Assembly: GCA_001724265.1 (NCBI GenBank)
Contig: MEDY01000295.1
Coordinates: 1-61,151 of the forward strand
DNA from: Rhizaria sp. SCN 62-66
Lineage: Eukaryota
Reading direction: 5' to 3'
DNA: 61,151 nt
Both the position numbers and the translations under genes were made by a program. Under the pieces are notes generated by a model, which saw only the letters and a list, made by a program, of their open reading frames with translations, did not search any database and was not told where the DNA came from. How positions within the stretch are numbered: position 1 is the stretch's first letter; every line of letters starts with the position of its first letter. Positions 50,201-60,700 of this stretch are shown here, one piece after another.

Positions 50201-51371
50201 GAGACGACCCCCACAACAGCGGCTTCGACGGGGGTTGCGGTTGCGGCTCAGCGACAACTGGGGCAGCAGGGACAAACAAGCGGGGATTGACACCGAGACG
50301 GCTATTTGAGCTCGCATTAGTACGGCCGTTAGAGTGACACTCATCATCATCATCATCATCATCATCGTCAATAACACTCCCACAATCACTGGCGCGACTG
50401 CTGCTATTGCTGATCTTGTTGCGACAGCACTTGTCACAGTATATATCGTAGACAATGATCATCGCTGCAGCTAGAATGGTCCCCAGCGCCGCCAGCCTCA
50501 GCCCTGCCGCCGTGGCCGCCGCCGCCGCCGCCGCTGCGGCCTCCGAGGCGTGCGCATACGACGGTAACACGGCGCCAGACGCGGCGACCGGGAAGCGCCA
50601 TAGTAATAAGGCGGGGGGTAGTACCAACGACGCCGACGACGTCGACAACTCAGTGTTGTCATCCGCGTCCACGCCGCCCACAGTGAGGTCGGTGAGATTG
50701 GACGATAGGGCGGCTGCGAGTGCACAGACCAGCACGGGCGGCGTTGTGAGGCCGAGGAAGCGGCTACGGGGCAAGCGTCTGGCCACAGACCGGCGCAATA
50801 GACGCATGCGCTGCAACGCAAAGTCGGCAGCAACGCTAGAAACGTCGGGCTGTCGCTAACGCTGCTGAACTGCTTCAATAGGACTTGACAGAGAGCTAGA
50901 GCTAGAGCTGGAGCTCGAGTTAGATTTTCCGCTAGATTCAGAACCAATACAGCTATGAGAACCTGAGCTTACGACTGCGACTGCGCCCTGACTGCACACA
51001 GCCCCACTCTGCCGCCCATGCCCCTGCGGCTGCGATTGCGGTTGCTACAACCGCTCGACAGAGTCAGTGAGTGCTGCGACGGAGCACAGCAGCAGCAGCG
51101 CCGCCGCAAGCACTGGCCCCGCCAGCAGCCCCAGCCTCGCCACAGCACTGCTAAGCGCCGCGGGGGACAGCGCAGCCCACAGCGCCCACAGTAACCCCTG
51201 CGGCACCGCCTCAGCACCCGTGGCACTCGCGGCCTCGGTCAGTGGAGCCGGTGCAGAGGCAGTGAAGAAGGGGGAGCTGAGTGGGCGGCCGAGGAGCAGC
51301 GCAGCGGCGGCGGCGAGCGCGAGGGCCAGCAACAGCGCGCGCTCCAGAGCGCCCAGGAAGCCCACGCCCAT
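47268..51371 (-). CDS. DOLK: Dolichol kinase (Sec59/DOLK family), ~1367 aa with low-complexity insertions; in-frame TAGs at 51045, 50856 and 48639
   Basis: Family motifs RKGYH, FTDSRDSG.LTLTHVFLLLGCAVPVW, GLITLGVGDSAASIAG...RWP...KTLAG and LLEA....VDNLFLPL. Three ORFs form one frame from ATG 51371 to TAA 47268-47270. Confidence 0.9.
48513..48570 (-). repeat. Imperfect 21-nt tandem repeat encoding (V/L)TVSSPK
   Basis: About three copies: VTVSSPK-LTVSSPK-VTVSTP. Confidence 0.8.
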
Positions 51372-51789
51372 CACTTGGCGCGCAAGAGAGGGCGTTGTAG
51401 GCGCCAGAGGAGACTGGGAGGGGACTCGGGGAGCGCTGGCCTCGGGGTCACCACTTCAGAACGGGTCCTAAGACTTTGAAAGAGGAGCAGATTAAAAAGA
51501 GATAGATGAGTGGCTGGCGACCGCCAAGTAAAGGATACTTTTAGGAGCACAGTTTAGTTATGTTTTTGTTATTAGCACCTTATTAATATTTATAGTATCG
51601 GAAACCCCATCGATATATTTGAAATTTCGTTTTAACTCACCACCCGTTTCCCGACCTTGCTCTGCCCCACACCACACAAGTTATTTTCTTTCTCCCGGCC
51701 CTTCCAGTCCCTCTACTTGGGACTTTCTCCTCCACACTTCGCTTTCAGGGGTTGCAAGGCGTTCCCTCAGCGGCCGCGGCTGCAGCCCG

Positions 51790-54700
51790 ATGAGCTCTCC
51801 CGCTGCCGCGCCCGCCCGCGCGCCCCCGGCCGCCTCAGACGCTGCCTCTGCCCCAGCCCAGAGGCCCGACTCTGCCGCCACGGGCTCCCGCGCCGCGGCC
51901 GTCTCCGCCGGACACCATTTGCCGCCGCCGAGCGTGGTACGCTTGGACGTCGCGCACAGCACCGCTGCAGTGGCACTGGGCCCCGTCCGCGGACCGCAGC
52001 GCCCGCGCCCGCTGCTGCTGCCGACTTCACCTTCCTCGGCCGCCGCCGACGCTCAGACTGCCCCGGCCTCTGACGATGCCTCTGTCGCGGCTGCTGCGGG
52101 CTCTAGCGTTTTTGCAGGGGTTGCCGCGACGCCGGCGCACGCGTTTAATCGTGTTCCACCCACTTCACGTGCTACAAACAACGACAACAACAACTTCAGT
52201 AGCAACAGCAGCAACAGCAGTAGCAACGGCAATGCTCGAGGTGATAGATCGACTAGAAACAGTGATACAGCTGGCTTGACTGCTGCTAGTATCAATGTGA
52301 GGGTTATTCCCGCTAGTGGCGTGCAGAAACACGAATCTAACACATATAGTACTTCGAGGAGCAACACTTTTGCGAACGCAGCTACTGCAGCTACTGCAGC
52401 TACTGCAACGAATGCAACTTACGCAGCTAATGCAGCGAACGCAGATAATGCAGCGACAGCGACCACAAACGTCACGAGTGCGTGCGCGAGTGCCATTGCC
52501 AGTGCCAGTGTCAGTGCGGCTAGAGCTGCGCCCGCAGGCGACGCGTTTGACTTTGACGCCGCGGGCCGGCGCTACATGCACCACCGCCCGCGGCCGCAGT
52601 CGTCATTGCACGCACAGTTGACCGCCAAGGCGGCTGCAGCGGCGACGGCTGCGGCGGCCGCGAGGTCACAGGCGCTGGTGCATCCACAGTCGGTGTTGCG
52701 CTCACAATCACTCTGCTCACAGTCGCCGGTGCAGTCACCGGCACATGCGACGCAGTCACCTCTGCACTCAATGCAGGCACAGGCATCACTGTCACAGTCG
52801 CGGTCTAAGCAGTTACAGCCGCAGTCCCAGTCTAAGCAGGCGTTTGTACCCGGAACTCGTCCGCTCACTGCTCTGTTACGACCCTCTACTGCGACTGCTC
52901 TGTCAGAGCGTCAAGGGGCCGTTAGCAGCCGCGGCAAAGAGACTGTGGGTAACGGAAAAGTGACTATGGGCAAGGTTATGGTAGGCAAAATCATGCCATT
53001 GGTGCCGCAGACGCCAGTGAGTCCTCCTCAGTTGACAGTGCCGTTGGGTCACTTGAACACAGGCACTGCGCCGACTGAGCAGTTAACACACGGAGCGAAA
53101 GCCCCTGTGTTCACCTTTGACAACAATAACAGCAACAATATCGCAGTGTCGTCAAATAGTGCAACTGTTGCAGTAAACATCGCACTTAGCCCTCGCAACA
53201 CGGCGAACACCCCCGCCGCTGCAAACGCGACTGCGACTGCAGCTGCAGCTGCAGCTGTTGCCAACGCCAGTGCGACTGCGACGAGTGCGCCGCCGCCGGT
53301 CGTGGGCACGTCGCCGTTGCTGGCCTGGGTGAGGGAGGTGGTTGCGATGGGCTTGGGCTCTGATGACTCTGAGACAGACTTTGCTCTCGACGACCGCCAC
53401 AGCTCACGCAACAACAACACTAATGACCACACTACTAACCCTAATAACTTTACGATCAGCAATAGTAGGAATATCATGAACGTTAATCCTGCACAGAGTA
53501 CTGGCCCAAGCCCTGATCCCAGTCCCAGCTCTAGCCACCCTCTCTTTCCTCCCTTGGCCGCTGCAGCCGGGACTGCGACTGGCACAGCCGGGACTGCGGC
53601 CACCGTGGTGACTGAGGCTGCGGCTGAGGGAGAGCAGCAGAAGGGCGACCGTTGCCGTCGCAAGCGTGCGCCGACCGTCGTTTTGACCATGAACCGTGTC
53701 GGCAGTGACAGCGACACGGACAAGAAGCAACAGCAGCTCAGGCGTCTGGCGGCCGGCGATGGCGACGATAGCGACTACGACGACGTCGTTGACTGTGAGC
53801 AGCAGCAGCAACAGCAACAGCAACAGCGAGAAGATGAGTACAGCGGCAGTGAGCAGCCCAGTGACTGTGAGCGGAGCGGACGCGACAAAAATGACCGTGA
53901 GCAGAGTGACTGTGAGCAGAGTGACCGTGAGCAGAGTGACTGTGAGCAAGCGCCCCGGCTCAGCCCTGCGCCCCGCAAACTCACCCTTAATGCCCCGTCT
54001 CCGAGAGCCGCAGTGACTTTGAGCGCTGGAAACACAGTCACGCTCACAGTCACTGCCCCCACACCGACAAGCACAGTCGCCGCCAAAGTCGCTGCGAACG
54101 CGATGGCTGAAACGACAACAACGGTGACTACTGCAGCGCCCTTTACAGACTCGCTTAACGACGACGGCGACGACGACAATGATGACCTCCCGCAGTCAAG
54201 TGTCGCTGACATTGCAGCCGCGCCCCGCCTCAGTCCTTCACCTGTAGACGGCTTAAATTACGACGCCGCCCGCGGCCTAACCCCCGACGTCGCAGCAAGG
54301 AGCCCCGGCGGCTTAACCCCCGACGCGGTGGGAGGCGGCTTAACTTCCCTGCTGCCGTCAGCGTCGTGCGACTCTGACTCGTCTCTGCAGTCGCAGTCGC
54401 TGCCGCGGCTGCCGTCGCCGCACCTGGGGCTTGAGATGGTGCTGTCAACGCTGCCGCAGCCGTCGCCGCAGTCTCAGTCTCGGTCTCAGTCGCAGTCTCA
54501 GGCGCACTCACGCTCGCAGTCGCTGTCCCAGTCCCAGTCGCAGTCGCAGGTGAGTTCAACTGCGCCGTCTCCGTCGCCGTCGCCGGCACCGCCACTGCCA
54601 CTGGAGCAGATTGAGGCGATCGCAGAGCGCGCCACTGAGCACGTCACGGAGCCCGCCCGTGTCGCCGACAGCTATGACGCCGCGGTCTCTGCTGAGTCTG

Positions 54701-57700
54701 CACCTGCTAATACCAGTGTTGTTCCGCCTTCTGGCGACGCTAATGCGCGGATGGCCCCTGGTTTGACAGCGCAGGACCACCACTTAGACCGGTTTAAGTA
54801 CTTCGAAGACCGCTTCAATCCGTCGAGCAACAACAACACTACTAACAGCAGAGACAGTCTCTATGAAACTCGTAGCCATGACCGTGGCCGTGACAGAGAC
54901 GGTGACCGCGAGCAGAAGCAGCCATCAACCGCAGCTGACCGTGAGCTTCAGAGCGACCGTGAGCGCCTGCGTCCGCAGCCGTGGTACCAGCCTTACCTGC
55001 AGCCGCGCCTGCGTTTGCTGTCCGCGCCCGCCACGCCCGCGCTCGAAGACAGGCTGCGTTTTGCGGCGCACAGCATTCTCGCCCGCTTGGCCCCCTCTGC
55101 GCCCGCTGCGGCGAGCGCCATCTCGAGCTTAGCCGCGACTAACTCTCTGATGAGCGCTGGCCTTACTGCAAGTGCTAGCGGGGGGCCCGGGGTCGTATTT
55201 GCCCGGCCGGCGACTGCTGGCAGGGGCAGCAGCCGCAGTAGTAGTAACAGGGCTAGCGGTGACCTTACCACCGCTACTACGGCCACCAGCGCTCGTCCGA
55301 GCACTGCACGGGCTAGTTTACATAGGAGCAGCAACAGCAGCATCAACGCGCACGCAAATGCCGGCGCTAGCACTCCGCTGCAACCCGTTGGCGGTTTCAC
55401 TTCGTCATCGTACCACGGAGGCGGCATGACTTTTGCGACCGCGGCGCCCTTCTTGCGCGCTCTGTTTCCGAAGCTTGACGAGTCGTTCACGATTGCACCG
55501 CGGCCCAAGAAGCGCGGTTTGCTGGAGTATAGCAGTAGCAACGACGCGTCCAGTGGCGGCACTGCTGCTGGCGCTGTGGAGACTGATGCTAGCGTGAAGA
55601 CCGGCGTAGTGGACGAAAGCGATGACAGCGGCAGCGATGACAATGCTGACGGCGCTTCTCTTTCGTCAGCTGTCGAGCAAAGCGCAACAGCAACTGCAAC
55701 GACAGTGACCAAGCGCCGCAGTCAGTTGCGGCGCTCAAGCATCACCGCTAACGCTAGCGCAGCCAACGGTGGTAACGCCAGTCGCCCCCGCGACCGCAGT
55801 GCCAAGCGTCGCAGCTTTCAGCTCAAACAACAACAGCAGCAGCAGCAGCAGTTACAGCGGGCTGAGGGTGAGGACCAGGATCTAAGTACGCTAGTTGTTG
55901 AGGCGATCGAGCTTGCGCGTACGGCCCCCTTAGACCGCCGCGGGTACTTAGACGGTGGCCCCTTAGACTTCGACAGCGACAGCGACGACGAGCTCGGCGG
56001 CGTAGATCGCGGTCAGTCACATGAGGCCAACACTCAGAGCGTTGATGCTGCCGCGGGGCCAAACGCAGAGCGCCGCAACAGCACCAGCTCCTCTGGCGAC
56101 AGCAGCGGCGGCGGCGCCCCTGCGCTGATGACGGCTCTGAAGCGCGCGCTGCTGTCGGTGCTGAGCTCGTGGCGCGCGGCCGAGACGGCGACAGCGACAG
56201 CGCACGCGAAATTAGCAGAGCGCGCGAGTGCCTTCGCTGCCGCCTTCGCGCCTGTGGCCGCGGCGGCGGTGCCGACGCTGGCGCTGGTGACCGACCCGTC
56301 CTCCGCCGCGACGGCCGCGACGGCCGCGGCTGCCGCCGCCGCCGCGGACGCCGCCGCCACCGCGCTCTCAACAGCCGTCCTGTCCTACAGCAGCGTGAAC
56401 ACAGCGGACGCAAGCACGAGCACAAGCATTGCTAACAATGCAAGCGAGATTGTGACTGCGGCTGCGAGCAGCGCGCACTGTGCTCTCCTGGCGTCTCTGG
56501 TGCTTTTACCGGCCCCCGCGCGCCGCTTGCATGCGTTTGCGCAGTGGGCCGAGTCCGAGCGCGCGCGCGCCCATAACGCACTCGCGGCGGGCGCTGTCGT
56601 AGCCGCCGTGCCCCGCTCCCGCGCCCGCGTCGCCACCGGCAGCGTCGGCGTCACCACCACCAGCACAGCCACGGGCGTGGGCGGCTTGACTTCCGTCGCG
56701 TACACGCGGCAGGGCGACGTGGGTCGCGCGTACTCGTCGCCGGTACTCGCGAGGCGGCTCGGCCACCTATACGACCCGCGTTTGCTGTATCTCTCCGTGC
56801 TGGCACACCGCGCGCTTACTGCGCCGGCGACCGCGCTGCACCGGATGGCGCCCGCGGAGGCTGCGGAGGTGGCCGAGGCGGCGGCCGCGGCGGACGCTGC
56901 CAGGGCAGAGGGGACACAGGGCACTGCGCTGGGTACGTGCTTTCTATGATATCGCTATTTATCAAATTAGATATTTAGAATATTCCAATTATTATCTATC
57001 TAAAACATATGGCGCTATATCTAAATACTCTTTATTATTTTAAATTGATTTGATTTCAACTCACTGTACGTACGCACATCTTTTCATTTCTTTCCCGCTT
57101 CTTCAGCCCCCGTCACGCACGCGGCCTACATTTCCTTCTTCCTGCGCGCCGCCCTGCTGCTGACCGCGCCCGCCTCGGCGCCACAGACCGCGCACGGCGG
57201 CGGGCTGCGGCGTGAGCGCTCGTGGCTGCGCGCCGGCGCCGCCGCGGGCCGTGTCGTGCAAGATTGGCGCCGGGATTTGGCTGATGCGACCGAGGACGCC
57301 GCCATGGCCGCTGCGGCGGTCGCGGCTGCAGTCACGGCGGCCCGCTCCCGCTTACGCGCTCTGAACAACAACAGCAACAACAACATCAACAACAATAGCG
57401 GCAATGCGGCTCGTGTTGATGAGGAGGAGCGGCGTGACTTCACGAGGCGGCTTAACTTCCTCCTCGCAGTCCAAGCCACTTTCACCACGACAAGTGCGAG
57501 TGTGAATGCGCCCGCGACGACGCTGACTCCGGTGCGGACACTTACTTTCTGGCAGCTTCACCGGTCCCTGTACCGGCTGGCCGATACGTGGACGGTGGGT
57601 ACGAACGTCGCCGAGTATGCCGACTTCATCTCTTACATCATCACCAACTGCACCGTCTCCCCTAAACTCCCACCGCAGCAACAACAGCAATCAGCCGCGC

Positions 57701-60700
57701 TTACGGCAGTCGCAGGTGCTGCCGGTGCTAGACCTGACTCGCTTGACGACACTGTTGACAGCGGTCATTTACAGGCGTTTCTCTCAGCGCAGAGAGCGGA
57801 TTCGGCTGCCCGAGCGCGCGCTCTGCCGGACGGGGCCCGCGCGCGCGCGCTAGCGCTGGCGAACCGTTGTAGCAGCAGCAATGTGAGGACTGATACCTTA
57901 GGCGGCATGAACGCTAACGGTGGAGATGCTGAGGACGAGGACATTGACCCTGAAGTTGCGGCTGCGTTGGCTGAAGCGCGGGCACTTGGCGCCGCTGTCA
58001 GCAACTATCTCCTGCCCTCACCATCAACACAGTCAGTGCAGGCGCAGTTTCAGTCGCAGTTGCCGACACGGAGAAATGCCGCCGCCACAACTGCGGAGGA
58101 TCAGGCCCACTTAGATAGTGTAAGTGCGTGGACGACTTTCTTCCTCGACCCGCGCTCCAGCACCGGCCTCCCAGCCTCTCTCGCTTCTCTGCCCGCGTTT
58201 GTTGCCGCCGCGCGCGCGCGCCCGGCGCCGCTGCCCGCCGCGCCCCGCGCCGCCGCCCGCGAGGCCGCAGCGGCGGTGCGGCGCGAGCTAGGCCTGCCGC
58301 CGCCGCCGCCGCTGCCGCCGCCGACTCCGCAGAACGCGTTGCCCCGGCGCACGGCCGCCGCGCTGGCCGCCGCCGAGGCCACAGGCGGCGGGAGAAGCGG
58401 CGGCGGCGGGCGCCGCAGGGGCCGGAGCTTCGGCTCCGGCGACGACACTGCGGACACCGCCGCGACAGGTGGCGACGGCGACGGTGACAACGATGGCACC
58501 GACGACGCGATGCCACTGCCGCTGTCGTCGTCTTCGCGGCTGTCGAGCGCACACGCCTCCGCGGTGTCATCGCCAGCGCACGGGTCCGCGCACGCCGCGG
58601 CGCATCGGCGCTCGCCATCTCCGCTGCCTCTCTCCCCCACAGCCGCCGCCGCAGCCGCCGCCGCTGCAGCAGCCGCAGCAGGTGGGGTTGCCGGTCACGG
58701 CCAGCGGCGGCAGCGCGCGCGCCCCCCCGTTGGCCCCGGGGGTCCCCACGGCAGGCTGCACTCGCGGCCCCCCGCGGCCGACGCGCTGCGGCTTAACTTC
58801 AACACCGTGGAGGCGCTGCTGGCGCGCGCTGTGCAGGATCTGTACGGCAACTCCACTGCGGCCACCCGCGGCGGCGGCGGCAGTGGCAGCGCGAGCAACG
58901 CGTCCACGCGCGCGGGCTCGCCAGACAGCGCTCTGCTACCCGGCGGCCATCGCGACGCAGCCGAGAGCAGAGGCGGGGCCCTGCCGGCGCCGTTTGCGGA
59001 CGCCGCGGTGCTGCCGGCGCCTCTGTCTGACGACTCGCCGGTCGACCCCGACGCTACGGCTAACGCTGATGCTGGCGCTGATGATGACAACGCGGATGAG
59101 ACAAACGGAGGCAAGGGGATGGCAGCACTGGGGCGGCTTAACATCGTCCTCTCCGCCGCCGCCGCCGCCACCGCATCAGCAGCAGCAGCGGCGGCGGCAG
59201 GGAGCGGACAGACGACGCCGCCGCTGTCGCCGCAGCTGCACGGCTCGCGCGTCCCCACCCCTGGCTCCGGCCCCGGCGCCAGCGGCCGCGTGTCGGCGCT
59301 CTCTCTCGCTGGCAGCGGCGGCCACGCTGGCGCGACTGGGACCGACGGGCTCTCGCGCGCGGGGTCGCCGACCCCGTCAAGCTCGCTGTCTGCGGCCGGC
59401 CCACGCGCGGCGTCGTCGCTGAGCGGGAAGCCGCGGATTGAGCTGACTCTGGACGAGATCACGCTCTCGCCGCTCAACAGCGCGACCCACGGCGCGGCGG
59501 CCGCGCACACCGCGACGACGGCGGCGACCGGGGGCCTGCGCGCGCTGTCGCCCGTCTTCGGCGGCCTCGGGCTCGGGGTCGGCTCCGGCAGCGATGACGG
59601 GCCTGGCTCGCCCGGCAGCGGCCACGGTCACGGCCACGGGCACGGTGCGTCGCCGTCGTCGTCGTCCTCTCTGTCGTCGCCGTCGGCCTCGGCTTCCGCG
59701 TCCTCGGCGGCCGCGGGGGCCTCGGGAGAGCGGGGTTCGCTGCCGCGGTCGTCCCCGTCCCCTGCCCCGGGCAGCGCACACCTGCTGCCGCCGCTACAGC
59801 CTTCTCTATCCCCACATTCGCACGCAATCGCCGCCAGCCGGGCGCAGTCGCCAGCGTTCATGCGCATCCCAGCCTCGCCGCTGTTTTCCTCAGCGCTGCA
59901 GCCGCCGCTGCCGTCGCGCGCGCCGTCTCCGCTCTCACGCCACGGCGGTAGCGGCGACGCCGGCGACGAGTCGGGCGTGATCACGGTCACACTGGCGCCG
60001 CCGCAGCGCGTGTTTGACGTCGACGACTCCTGGGAAGGCCGCGCATCGCGCTACGCGTACTTGCGCCGTCTGCGGCTGCACCGCACACTCCGCGGCCTCC
60101 TCACCGCGGGGCCCACGGCGTGGTACCCCGCTCCGTCCCCCGCCGCGACCGAGCCGCAACTCGCGCTGCTGGCCGCGCTCTCGGAGGCCGCGGGGCCCGG
60201 CGGCGGCGTGTTGTCACTCCTCGCCGACTTGCGTGACCTCAGGATCACGACTCCGTCAGTCACCGCGCTTGTATCGGCGCTCGCACTGTGCTTCGGCGAT
60301 GACGGCGCCGCCACGCGCGTCCAAATCGCGGCCGCCGTGGCCCCGCTGGCGCCCGCGGCCGCGCGGTTTTTCCTGCACTACTACGTCGCGCAGAGGCGGC
60401 TTAACTTTGCGACGGCGGACGATTTGATCCCCGCGCTGCCGCTGCCGGCGCCGCGCCCCCCCGCGCCCGTGTCTGCGGCTGCTGCGACTACGGACACCAG
60501 CGGTCCTTCTGACGCTGTCGTCGGGCCGTTGCCGCTGACAGTGCTGCCCGCGCCAGTGCTGCCTCTGATCGAGCAGCCGGCGCTTAAAATCACCCCCAGC
60601 AGTGACCGTGAGCAGCTCAACGAGGCCGCGGAGCCGACTGTGAGCGTCGCCGTTGCCGTGCGCGACCCCCGTGCGCGCTACGTCGCCCGCGTGCCGGAAG

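Noticed and set aside
5402-51047. TAGs explained as pseudogene nonsense mutations or C>T damage
   Set aside because: No matching in-frame TAA or TGA, four genes affected including a motif-intact DOLK, and no gene ends in TAG. Disfavoured, though not formally excluded without reads.
5402-51047. Pyrrolysine, selenocysteine or ciliate-type UAR=Gln code
   Set aside because: Pyrrolysine is prokaryotic and no pyl genes are present; selenocysteine uses UGA; TAA ends three genes and never occurs in frame.
51619-51789. N-terminal extension of the 1776-aa ORF
   Set aside because: It starts at TTG in promoter- or UTR-like sequence; the first ATG is at 51790.
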